Positions 14,901 to 27,400 of a stretch of DNA of 64,000 nucleotides are shown here, piece after piece. The position numbers were made by a program, and so were the translations under genes. The notes below the pieces were generated by a model. The model had not been told where the DNA came from. It did no database searches and saw only the letters and a program-made list of their open reading frames with translations. Origin of the DNA: Lingula anatina (Eukaryota > Animalia > Brachiopoda); the NCBI GenBank assembly GCA_051362555.1, contig CM120646.1, forward strand, positions 19,468,001-19,532,000. Direction: 5' to 3'. Every line of letters begins with the position of its first letter. The first letter of the stretch is position 1.

Positions 14901-16466
14901 ATACAGAATTTATTATCATAACAGGAACATTGAAAATAATGGAATCAGTACTGCAATATTTGTCAAGCATCTTATCCTTGCAACGATTTGTGTAACTATT
15001 CACGTGATTGTTTATTTATTTTTTTATTTTATTTCAATTTTTATTACTTTTTTTACATACCATGGACAATATTATATATAAATATTATAAATAAATATTC
15101 TTTTTTTTTTGTCAAGATGTCTATAAATCAAAATACTTAAGTATACACGTTTACTTTATTCAATATATTTTTGATATTACAGACGGTTCCCCAGATGATG
15201 GCGGCGTACGAAGGTACCGCACAGCGTTTACGCGAGAGCAAATAGGCCGCCTGGAGAAGGAATTCTACAAGGAGAACTATGTCTCCCGACCCCGGCGCTG
15301 TGAGCTGGCTGCGGCATTGAACCTCCCAGAGAGCACGATCAAGGTGAGGTCCAGAAACCTATATTATACACTGGCGGCTTCACAATCTTTCGGGAGGGGG
15401 GGGGGGGAAGTCGGGACAATTTTATTATTTTATTGTATATTTATGGGCATAGAGATAGAAAATTATGTGGTTGACTCGCCACTGGACGAAATGATATTTT
15501 GTCAAAAACAAGAAGACGATAAAATTACGTCTACCGCTGTACCTATAATACTGGCCTCTAGATATTTGTATTATACACTTTGTACAAGAATCACAAATGT
15601 TTAAATGGTGAAATTAAGGAGTAAAGTTGAAATAAATTCGATGTAGAAAAGATTTTTTGAAATGGTCGGAAAAGGTTTTTTCATCCATTATTATGACAAA
15701 AGTCGATATATATTATTAAAAACTTTATGTAAATTGCCCTTTGCAAAAAACGCTTATATTCATTTTACTGTCTTTTTTTTTTTTATCTCAGGTGTGGTTT
15801 CAGAATCGTCGTATGAAGGACAAGCGTCAAAGAATGGCCCTTGCTTGGCCCTACGGACTTGCTGCCGACCCTAATATTTACGCCTATCTGGTTAACGCCG
15901 CTGCCAACATAGGGTACCACTACGGCCTCCCGCCAACCACGGGAGGGGCACCTTTGGGGTACTATGCCGCCGCAGGCCTGGGACTTCAGAGACCAGGGGC
16001 TCCATATCCTACTTTACCACTCACCACGACTCCGCTGAGACCGAGGCCAGATATCCTTCAAGCTGTCCCCGCCGGTGCTCACTTGGTTCACCCTACTCCC
16101 CTGTCGGTCCCCTCGACGTCAGCAAACGCCACGTGCTCGCTCCACGTCGCACGCGATTCTTTACCTCACCACGGCCTCCCAGCGGCCCCCCTCCCTGCAC
16201 AGGGGTCCCCACCAACACATTGTACTGCCAGCCCAGGAGAACCGTGTAACTGTCACCTGTTTTACCACGGAGGGATCACGACTGTCTCCCCGCCGACGGT
16301 GTCACTGGCGTCGGCGCCTGTTCCCCTCGCGTCTGCCGCGTCCTTGTCACCGTTATCTACGTCACTGACGGCGTCACGTAATCTTTCCCCCTCCGTCAGC
16401 GTACCGACAGCGATCAGACCTGTCCCGACACAGCCTACGCTATTCCAGCCGTACAAAACGGATTAA
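8752..16466 (+). CDS. Evx: Even-skipped homeobox protein (Evx), 3 exons: join(8752..8959,15183..15343,15792..16466), 347 aa
   Basis: Spliced homeodomain [46 protein letters not shown]|[14 protein letters not shown] followed by MALAWPY is diagnostic of Eve/Evx; Pro/Ala-rich region; C-terminal LFQPYK matches the Eve LFKPY Groucho-binding motif; GT-AG junctions are phase-consistent (1, 0). Confidence 0.96.
9887..10222. mobile_element. MITE, TTAA TSD; copy 2, in Evx intron 1, inverted relative to copy 1
   Basis: AGGGATAATAACTCTT at 9887; TTAA at 9883-9886 and 10223-10226; interior is the reverse complement of 1765..2101 with few differences. Confidence 0.85.
15183..15343 (+). CDS. Evx: Evx exon 2 (homeodomain helices 1-2 and start of helix 3)
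   Basis: Acceptor TTACAG at 15182 (in-frame alternative CCCCAG at 15194); [20 protein letters not shown]...ESTIK; donor AAG|GTGAGG. Mostly missed by the ORF track. Confidence 0.95.
15792..16466 (+). CDS. Evx: Evx exon 3 (VWFQNRR to stop)
   Basis: Poly-T tract and CTCAG acceptor at 15791; [21 protein letters not shown]...LFQPYKTD*. Confidence 0.95.
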   Translation: MWFQNRRMKDKRQRMALAWPYGLAADPNIYAYLVNAAANIGYHYGLPPTTGGAPLGYYAAAGLGLQRPGAPYPTLPLTTTPLRPRPDILQAVPAGAHLVHPTPLSVPSTSANATCSLHVARDSLPHHGLPAAPLPAQGSPPTHCTASPGEPCNCHLFYHGGITTVSPPTVSLASAPVPLASAASLSPLSTSLTASRNLSPSVSVPTAIRPVPTQPTLFQPYKTD

Positions 16467-19400
16467 GGACACTTCCTCTGTATTAGATTTTTTACAATTC
16501 AGCTATATCTTGATGTGCAATTTTGTAAATATTTTTCTCCCGAGTCCAAACATGAAGCCTTCTTTCATGTCTTATGACAGCATATTACACATTAGGTGAT
16601 AAAAAATATTTAAAGTTTCTGGATAGAGAGGTGACAGTTAATTTAAACTGTGAAAAAAAAAATTCGACTTGAAACCAAAACGGTTATAAATTACACGTGA
16701 GCGTGCCAGTACAAATGATGTAGTCTGGGAAGTCTTCGTGAATTATGCCATATTTACCTCGTAAGCAATGTCATATTTTCCACTAAGTGTCCACAGAACT
16801 TCACAAGTCAACATATTACGTGACCTACAATGATAATTGTTTGAAAACAGAAGGTGCCCTTAGTATTTTTTAGTTAGTGAGCAACTCACTGTGTGATCTT
16901 GCTCCTATTTTGACAATACCTTTCTGTAAAGTCTTACTATCGATTTGTGATTGTTGTATGTTTATAAAAATAGCGATCAAACGATCTGTGCTACAATGAA
17001 GAGAAGTATTTGCGTTATGTCCACGTTTTTCTTTTACCTCTAAGCGATTGCTAGTAGATCAAATACAAAAACTGTTAAATAGGTAAGAAAATAGTTGGAA
17101 TGGTGTTTGAAGGACGTTAGGAAATGGCTTTTGACAGAGTCGTTGCAACTTTCGAAAGGATATTGGTAAAACCTTACCAAAACGACCCTATCCCAAAAGA
17201 CACTGTGATCAATCATACGAATTACAATTTGATTTAGAATCATCGATGCTATCTTGGTCATTTTACGCCGAGATCTGTGACTGGGCTATTTAAAAACGAT
17301 CGGGATTATCTATAATAGGGATCAGAATAGTATTCCTCCCCAGTGAATCCCAAAGCTCTGATAGAGCGGTAATTTCGCGTTGATGAATTGTGATCGTTTC
17401 CCTGTATGTTTATTTCTGTGTAATTTATCAAGCAAATTGCTAGAATTGAGACTCGTGATTAATTGTTCTCAGAGGAACAACTTGAGTGATAGCTTATAAT
17501 TAAGGCTTCCTAGGATTAAGCAGTGCAACATAGATATCTGTTAATACACTGTTTAAGTATGACGCTGCAGAGGTTGTCGTAAGGACACAAGCGGCGTTGT
17601 AATCCGAACTAGAGGCGAATTACTTCTACATCACAGTTAACGGATACTTTCATTTATTGTTGGACTCACAACGCCAATTGAAAGATTTTTATGTTGTCTA
17701 ACCGCCATCAGCATTTTTCAATCAGTTTAAAAACAAAATTATTTATTAACTATCATGATCAATATGTATATATGTAAATTAAATGTATAGACCTATAAAG
17801 AAGCATGGCATTCGTAATGATAATTATTATAATATTGTAAAAATGTCCAGATGCGTATACAATAAATATAATTATAAATAGCGTAACGCTTTTCATATCG
17901 TCTTAGTATCTATTTTTCAGTTACAGTTTCGATCGGGTGAAATTAAAATGCGGACAAATTTTTTAAAGCTTAACTCGGAGAAACCTTTCTCTCAAGCAAA
18001 AAAAGAAAAGTAATACAATTCTTCTACCGAACAATTCTTCGTCGATCGAAAAGACGGTCATTTAATAAATCCACACAAGCGCTGTGTTCGAAACACATTT
18101 TTTAAGTCCGTTGGCGGATTTCCGTTTGTTGATGTCAATGTTCGTGGAATATTTGTTTGTTGGTTACATCCGTAGTTTAAAAGAAGTAAAGTATTTACCG
18201 TAAAACCGTAAAACATCAAAAGTATACTTCTACAAGGTGCTAGTCAGCAGAAGTGATTCTCTCGTTTACATTGTACCCGTTGATATTGATGTAATAAAAA
18301 CAGTAACATTTTAATATGAAATACGCTTAAATTTAAAGATATTAAATCAATGTTGATATATCGTAATGCAGTTCAAAGGAATGCAGAGTGTGGTCAATAA
18401 TGTGTTTTTTTAAAGACTCCAGAACAACCAAGATAGTGAAAAATATGCTTAATATATATTTAACAAAAAGCTTGCAACGCCAAGGTAGATGCTGTAAAGC
18501 TCTCTATATCAACAGGTCTAAATAACTTTTAGATCATATGTTTTAACAATGACCAAAAAAAAAAAAAAAACTTGGACACTTAAAGGCAGTGAATTAAAAG
18601 AACTTGCCTAAACTATAATAACTCCTTACTATAATAACTGAAACTTTGTCTTAATTGTTTACCTCCACTGAAATATACATTAACTTACTGTGAATTATTC
18701 TGCTCAATAATAAACAAAAATGAAACCCAAGGCAAGAGAGGGCATTACGATGAAACCGTTTTGTCAAAAATAAAACAAGAAAAGATCGAACCGGAGACCC
18801 CACAAAGCGCTACACCAGAGCCTAAGTTATTACAATGATGTGCTTTAGAACAAGTGATAAAACAACTTCAAAAATAATAATGGCCCAACAACCAAAGGAT
18901 ATGCCTGTGAAACGCCGCGTCGGTCCCTTTGATCTTGCACTATCCTCCTCACCAAAACGGCATGATAATGATCTAGCGACGATGAGGCGCGTGTGCCGTC
19001 TAACTAGCCCCCTCTACTTCGCATAATTAATGTCATTATTTCAATGTGGTACGTCACCTGAAAGGCGTTTTTATTGCCGCGGAGCAAAGCGGTATTATCG
19101 TGAGAGTCAGTCGGTGGGGCCCAAACAAGTTCGGATTTTACGACGAAATAAAAGCGAGACGTTTTTTTTCTTGCTTTGAAGGAGCGTAATACCATACCCA
19201 CTGCTGGTGGGGAACAGGCATGTACCGACTTTTTATCGACGTGATATCTTATGTTGAGAATTCCGTCAATGAAGAATGACAGTAACAGGGTAAAAATGCG
19301 AAGTCACTAGAATTTTCATCTACCGATCAATGTGGACTACACGCAGACGAGAGACACTATTGGAAGAGAATACTTGGTTAGAGCCAGGTTTTGAGCTATA

Positions 19401-20094
19401 AACCTTTATATGCAATGTTTTTTTTTCTTGGAAATTTCAACACTAATCCCTTAATCACCAAGATTTTCCAAATCCAAATACATTCAAAATTTACCTTCTT
19501 TTGACTCGAGCTATAGATAGTTCTAACATTCAAAATTTTCAGCCACTCTCAAGATGGAGATGGAAGCTGGTTAATTTGCACTCGTGGGGGTAAAAAAGGG
19601 CAAATATTCTTACTACAGAGAGGAGTTATTGAGTTGTCTTAGACTAAAACTACCTATTTGTATACGTTACTGACTTCATAACAAATGCACCCGCAATTTC
19701 TCCCCGATTTCTAATAATGGCAATTTAAATCGTTTATGATAAACTTGATTTTGGAGAGATATTTCTTTAGATAAGATGTAGACTGGCATGTAGCCAAATA
19801 ATTTTTATTGTATATATTATTTTCCATGTTTGAATGTACAGTGAGGTTTTTTCTTCGGAAATATGCAACTCAACATCAAGAAAAAATGTTAAATGCCATT
19901 GTTTATTTGTACACTCTGGGAATATATGACATTGTGAAAATTAACGTAACGCTGTCAACCAGAATACATAAAAAATGTTCAAATGTGAAATCCATGTATG
20001 ATCATGCTTCTTCTCACAGAAAGATTTTCAGTGGAAAAAAAATGAAATGTAACTGTTAATAACAAATATATATACACATATTTATATATATATT

Positions 20095-20350
20095 ATATAG
20101 CCTCCTTGCGGATTTGTCGATTTCTTTTTTTTATTTTATCTTCTATAGAGAAAGTATTTTTCAAATACGTAACAAAAACAACCTGGTATAATAAAATGCC
20201 AGTAAAAAACAACTGAGATGCAATTCTTAACAACAAATATATGCCTCCTTGCGGATTTGTCGATTTCTTTTTTTTTAAAGACTTATCTTTTATAGAGAAA
20301 GTATTTTTTAAATGCACCACAAAAAAAGCATAACTTTGTGCTAACAAAAT
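20095..20350. repeat. Diverged two-copy tandem duplication (~144-bp period) just downstream of the stop of the minus-strand gene
   Basis: GCCTCCTTGCGGATTTGTCGATTTCTTTTTTTT...TATAGAGAAAGTATTTTT occurs near 20100 and again near 20243. Confidence 0.75.
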
Positions 20351-20493
20351 GCCAAGTAGTGTTTTCTTTAACTTTTTTTCTTTAATTATCAAAATTATCA
20401 CACTTTCCAAAAGTGATGCAATTATTTTATTTCACACCCCTACCAAATAACTCTGCAATCTTGTACATATTCTTTTCTTTCTTTCTAGAGAAT

Positions 20494-21415
20494 TTATGCA
20501 GATTTGTTAAAAATCTGTTCATCTTCATCAAAAGTGTCATCCTCCATGTTAAGAGAATGGTAAAGTCGGTCTCTTTCATTATTATTGGCATTTTTATTCC
20601 AAGGCAAGTGGTCTCGCCATGAAGGGCTGACTGACGGAAGATTTTCTACGTCTTCCTAAAAGAGAAAACAATAAATTTAGCGTCACAAAATATATCGTTC
20701 TTTAACCACAACTGGACAAAAGTCTAAATAATCTCAAATGCAATGCTTTGATAAAAACTTGAATCCATTCTGGGTCCAAGATAAAAGTAATTTTTTTTCT
20801 TTTAATCTACTTTATTATGTTCATATACTATTGTTCATATAATAACAAGTTTGTTATACTACAATTGTGCAGAACAAAACCATGCAGATTTCATAATGAA
20901 TTGTACTAACTTCTTTCTTCTTTAATTCTGTGTCAATGTCCTCCATTAGGGCATCTTCTGCTGTTTTCTGAAACAAGTATGTTATCATTTCAAAATATAT
21001 TACAGACAGACAATGTGCATTAGACCTTAAAATATAGAATTTATTTTTTTGAAATTAAAACAATTCTTCCTTATCTCCAAGGTATACCCCATCCAAAACT
21101 GCTGGGAAAATCACAATCTAGTAACCCATTCTTAAGTTCTTAATTTATATTTTTAACATGAGAGTGACATTAAGAAGTTCCTATATCCATTATGAGATGG
21201 TTTCAATGACTAGAAACTCACAATTTGGTTCTTTATAAAAGTCGGCACTAGATCTTAACTCTGCAACTGTATAACATCTACAAAACTACTTAATTTCTAC
21301 AAAACTCACCTCCACTTCTGAATCGCTTTCATCATCACCATTCCATTTGATTCTTTTGTAAGTGGGCTCCTCTTCACTAAAGGTGTGTCCGCTGATGGGT
21401 TTTTTGTCTTCATTT
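20494..21415 (-). CDS. Cytoplasmic tail exons (21310..21415, 20911..20967, 20494..20655)
   Basis: RNEDKKPISGHTFSEEEPTYKRIKWNGDDESDSEVE|KTAEDALMEDIDTELKKKE|EDVENLPSVSPSWRDHLPWNKNANNNERDRLYHSLNMEDDTFDEDEQIFNKSA*; donors GTGAGT and GTTAGT. Confidence 0.75.
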
Positions 21416-24400
21416 CTGTTGGACAGACAAAACACAAATATAAAGAGTAGGCAATATATATCAGATGAAGTTACAGAAATAGTGTTGATCAAATTTTGTA
21501 CGAGCTTGTCTAACATTTTTATGTTATGTTTCAATGTAGACACTGACAGTAGAGTTATTCTTTAAAATAAATAAATAAATAAATAAATAACTCATATTTA
21601 AATTGACAAGATGCAAAATTTTCTTCATAAAGAACAGTTCATTTTCACATTTTGAAAATCTAAGCTTGTCTCAAAAACAGATGGATTTGTACCTTTTGTA
21701 ACAGTACATCATTAGCAACACTCCGCATAAAATGATGAACAGAGAGACGGCACCAGCAATGCCGATTATGAAGGTTTTGCTAATCTTCTTTTCTACATGC
21801 TTCTTTGTGGGAGTCATTTTAGTTGGCACAGGTGTAGCTGAATTTTAAAAGGTGAAACAAATTTGTTTCAGCAGCTTACAGGTATTAATGGTGTTCAGTT
21901 TAAAAAAACAACTTACTCTCAAAATTTTCTCATAACTGTTATTTTAATAGTTTTTTAAATAAAATTGTTTACTTTTCTGAATGCTGTGGGCAATTCATTG
22001 AAAAATAAAATTGTCCACCATGCATTTCAACACATGAGCTTTATGCAATTGTATCCATCTGAAAATTTGAATAATCCTTTTCTTTTAAATGAAAAATAGC
22101 TTGTTGTGTAGACCTTATATATCAGATAACATCTGAGCTGCACTAATGCTAGTTCCTTTGGATTTGTATTACTATAAAAATGAATTGTGGTCAAAAATTA
22201 CACTTACCATCTGGAATTTTTGCTTTCACATTTTCAACTTTAACTATCTTCGGCTTAATTTCTGAGAAGCAAAATTTAAAAAAAAATAGTGAATAAAAAT
22301 AATAAAATAACTAAAACAATTCACAATCTTCTACCTGCTATAGTTATTTGTTTATATTAAAGGACCGATTTACGAACTTTGTGTTGAAAAATATCAAATA
22401 ATTAGCAGAAATTTAGCTGTTCAATTGTTTCTATCTGGAAACTAAGGCATGCTCAATAATCAAATTTCTCAAAATGCTGTATTGGGGAAGGTCTAAGTGT
22501 GCTGTGTCATAAAAATCTCCACCCCCCCCTCACCCCCATTCTGCCTATACAGCATCTGCTGGTGCACATCTCATACACTTAACACAGAAAAAAATATACT
22601 CACTTTCACACTTGTGTGTCTTTCTTCTTCCAACCCTGACCTCCCTGCATATGTCTCCTTTCTTGCATGGGTTGCGAGCACAAGGATGTCTGACAGTCTG
22701 ACAGCGTGCCCCCACCACGCCAGGAGGGCAGCGACAACTTAATCCAGTCTTTGTGTTCTAAAAAGAGGTGAAAGATAAACAGCTTAAGATTTCATGTAAA
22801 ATTATCATTGTGGCAACTTAGTTTAAAAAAAAAAGGCCTGTGATCATGTGATTGATAATATTTTATACTCACTTTCCACATCTCACACACACACACACAC
22901 ACTGTCACCAGAAAGAATAGAAAGAAAAAAAAACAACAATAACTCCAAGCAATTACATTTGAAATACATCAACAATAAGTTTTTAAAAAATTAAAAAAGT
23001 GAATCCACACCTGACAGACCCCTCTGTTCCTGCAAGGATGTTGAGCTCTGCTACAGTAATCCACAGTTTCACAGTTCAGTCCTGAAGTAAACCTGGGACA
23101 CTGGCACTTGTAACCTTCTGATAAACTTTCGCACCTACAATAAAAAATGCAGCAAACTGTATCTAAGTAAATGGTGGTAATGAGGAGGAGGGGGGAGGGG
23201 TTAGGGGGGTTGCCTTATTTATCATGTTGGGTGTACTCATAGGGTAAAAAGGTTCACTTTTGCAGAAAAAGACCCCCTACCCTTTAAAGATGCCAGTCAC
23301 AGATCTATTTGAAGAAACGAAATTAATACCATAACATCTGAAACAAACAGTATAAATATACATTTTTAACATTTTAATGACAATGCAAATCAAATTAAAA
23401 CTTTTAAAAAATCTCAGAGCAACTTGTAACCTTTTAGTTACACTGACATTAAGTGACCTTCATATAATCCAGTGATTTTACCTTCCATTATTCTTGCATG
23501 GTCTTGAGACACAAAAGTTGACTTGCTTTTCACAGAGTGTCCCAGTAAATCCGTCACGGCATACACAGGCATACCCAGGGCCTCCTTTCTTTGCCAAAAC
23601 CTCAAGATCTGATGGTACACAGTCTGCACTGTTCTTGCAAGGGTTGCTCTTGCAAGGATTCAAGTCAAACTTTTCACACCGTTGGCCAGTGAAACCTTTT
23701 GGGCAGTCACAGACAAAGGCCAATGCCCCTTCTGAAGCAGGAGATGCCGGGATACTGCATTTTCCACCATTTTTACATGGCTGGGTGGCACACACACCTA
23801 TTCTTCTTTCACAGTTTCTTCCAGCAAACCCTTTTGGACAGAGACACATGTATATTCCATACCTATCATCTTTTGATTTTAAGCACCTCCCTCCATTTTG
23901 GCAAGGTTTCCCATTGCATGGGTGTGTTGGGTTTGATTGTGTGGGTTTACTTTCGGTTGGGTTATATTCTGGAGGTGCAACTTCCACAGGAGCAGCTGTG
24001 ACAAGGACACTTTTCATGATCTCGCAGAATTTCCCTGTAAACCCTGCTTTACACTGACAGTGGAAGGTGGATGAGACTTGACTGGTACTGTTCAGATGCG
24101 TGACACACTTGGCATTGTTCTTGCAAGGGTGACTGACACATGGGCTGGACCTGGCATCCTGGTCACACAGGTTGCCATAGAAACCAGGAGGGCATTTGCA
24201 CACAAAACCATTCCGCCTGTCTTCACAGATTGCATTCCCTTTGCAAGGCCGGCTGAAACACTCATTGATCTCAAATTCACACACTTTTCCTGTCAGACCT
24301 TTCGGGCAGACACAACGGAAATCACCAGCGGAATTGACACAAGTGCCACCCATTTTACAAGGATGGCTACTGCACCTAATAAAATAATAATAATTTACTC

Positions 24401-27400
24401 AGCTGGCTTCTGATAACTGATTTCTGTCGCAAGCTGTTAAAATGAATACATGTTAGCTAAGAGCATACTGAAAAATAAATACAGTAATCTATTAGGTAAG
24501 AATGAGTGAGAATCAAAACTTGGAACCACCATGAGGCCAACACTCCTTAAAAATTGAATACATTTAAAGATTAACATTCTCCTGTTGCTAGATTAATTTA
24601 ATTATAAAATGCTAACCTGTGCAGGTTTATCCCACAGAAGCGCCCAGTCCATCCTTTCTGGCACTGACACCGGATCATCTTCCCACTTTGATCCTCTTTG
24701 CAAGAGCCGCCATTTTTGCAAGTGTCACTGCGGCAAGTGTGAATGGAGACCTCACATCTTTCTCCCATGAATTTGGGAGGGCACTTACAGACAAAGTCAT
24801 TGAGGCCGTTCACACAGGTGGCTGCATTGTGACAAGGAGAGGATGCACAGTGGTCAGCAGTGGATTCACAGTGTTTCCCGTGGAAGCCGTCTCTACACCT
24901 GCACCTAAACCCATTGATGCGGTCTATACATTGGCCACTATTCATACAAGGGGAGCTCTGGCATTCATCGATGTTCATTTGGCAAAGGTGGCCAGAGAAG
25001 CCAGGTCGACAATGGCACTTGAATTTGTTTGTACGGTCCAAGCAGGTGGCTCCATTCACACAAGGTCTACTCAGGCACTCATTGATGTTAACCTCACAGT
25101 TGCTCCCTCTATATCCGGGTCTACAGTGACATCTGTATCCATTGACCAAGTCCCGACATGCAGCTCCATGTCTACATGGACTGCTTTCACACTCGTTGAT
25201 GTTAATCTGACAGAGGTGACCCCTATAGCCCTGTTTACACTTGCAACTAAAACCATCCACTTGGTCCACACATGAAGCACCATTTCTACATGGTCTGCTC
25301 AGACATTCGTTGATGTTCTTTTCACAGTGCACTCCAGAAAATCCCTTAGGGCAGACACAATTGTAGCCATTGATCCCGTCTTTGCATCTGCCATTGTTTT
25401 GGCATGGAGAGCTGTAGCATTCATTTATGTCAAAACTACAGATGGCACCAGTATAACCTGGCTTACACAGACAAGAGAAGCCATTTAGTCTATCCAGGCA
25501 ACGTCCACCATTGCGGCAGGGGTTACTTGCACATTCATTAATGTTTGTCCCACAATTGCGCCCTGTATATCCAGGTGTGCAAGAACACTTGTAGTCTCCT
25601 ACTAGATCAATGCAGGTCCCATGTTTACAGGGTGAATTCTTGCAATCATCAATATTATCTTCACAGTGGGAGCCAGTGTAACCCTTCTGGCAATGGCAAG
25701 TATAACCATTAGGCTTGTTGACACACTTTCCACCATGCAGACAAGGTTGGCTACTGCATTCGTTGGTATTAATCTCACATGTTTTCCCTGTGTAACCAGT
25801 TGTACACTCACACTTGAACCCATTGACCATGTCCTTACATCTGCCAGCGTTCTTGCATGGTTTGCTTAGGCATTCATCCATCTCCAGCTCACACAGCTTC
25901 CCCGTGTACCCAGGAGGACAAAGGCATTTTATGCCCTCAACTAAGTTCACACAGGTACCTCCCTGTCTGCAGGGATTGAGGTTGCAACTGTTTAGAACAA
26001 CCTCACAATTTTTCCCAAAGAATCCAACAGGGCAGATACATGTGTAGTTACTTTTTCCAGTGGAGTGACAAATTCCACTGTTCTGACAGGGTTTCTTGGC
26101 ACATACCCCTTTTGTAATCGCCTCATGGACAGAAGTCTGACAGTACTGACCAGCAAAACCAAGGGGACATTGGCAAGCATATCCTTTAGATGTCCTGTAG
26201 CATTTTCCGCCATTTTTGCATGGTCTTTGACGGCAGCCCTGTACACCTAGAGATGGCAATAACCGATGTTGGCAATTTTTGCCATGATAACCAAGCTGAC
26301 ACTTGCACCAATATCCCGATTTTGACCCATAACACTGTCCATGGTTACCACATGGGGAGCTCTGGCATGCATTCTCAGGGTGCTGAACCCGGCTGCGACA
26401 GTTGGGACCACCGAATCCTGGTTGACATATGCAGCGGTAATGAAAACGCCTATTGACACATTTACCTTTATTCAAGCAAGGTGAGCTGGAACACTTGTGG
26501 TTTTTGGTCATGGTTTCACAATACTTCCCTGTGTAGCCATAGCGACACATACAGATATGGTTTGATCCTCCGGAGACACAAGTACCTCCATGTTGGCATG
26601 GGTGGCTAGAACACACATCTACAGGGAGCACTAAATAGATAACAAAAGACTTATTTGAGGACTGCATGTTGTAGAAAAGAACATTTTGACAACAAATCAT
26701 TTCAGTACAGCAGACCTAACAATATTCATGTTCTTGGATAATGAAAAAGAGAGAACCAGGGAAAATATTGCCTATCACTTTTGATAATGTATGCTAAAAT
26801 GTTTATCAGCTGCTTGACCTTTCAAACTCCAATTTTAAATCTATCGGACAACAATTCTAATAATAAAATATGTTATGAAGTCTCAAAGACTACAAAAATC
26901 AAAATACTTTCAACTATGACCCTTACTAGGATGCTTTCAGTGTTTAGAAAAAGTTGCAGTAACACTTGCCAAATAAAGAGAGAGCAGATATATGTGACTA
27001 CAAAATGATGGATGCATAAATTCCACAGATTTCACAGGAACATACAGAAATGACATTTTCAATGTTTGCCTGACTGAAGTGATTTTAAAAGATGTAAGAC
27101 ATGAATGCTGTCATATGTTACAAATATTGAAAGTTTACCTGCAATGTGGCTGGCTTTAACCTTAAGATCTTTGGCCTTCTTCTGCAGTTGTTTCACTTTT
27201 TTCAACAATGCTGGTCTTTGTACTGCTTTCACTTTCATTTTCAGAGCCTGGGCCTTAAGATACCGAGACCAAAACTTGAGCCACTTCTTCAGTATTACTT
27301 TTTTAAGGAATGGCTTGGCGACTGTTAGTTTTCCAGCCTTCTGTTTGTAATTCTTGACTCTTCTCTGGATGGTTACAACTTTTGATTTCAACATGGGCTT

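Noticed and set aside
23478-26700. Calling the EGF gene Notch, Delta/Jagged or Crumbs
   Set aside because: No LNR/ankyrin, DSL or laminin-G domains and no ERLI tail
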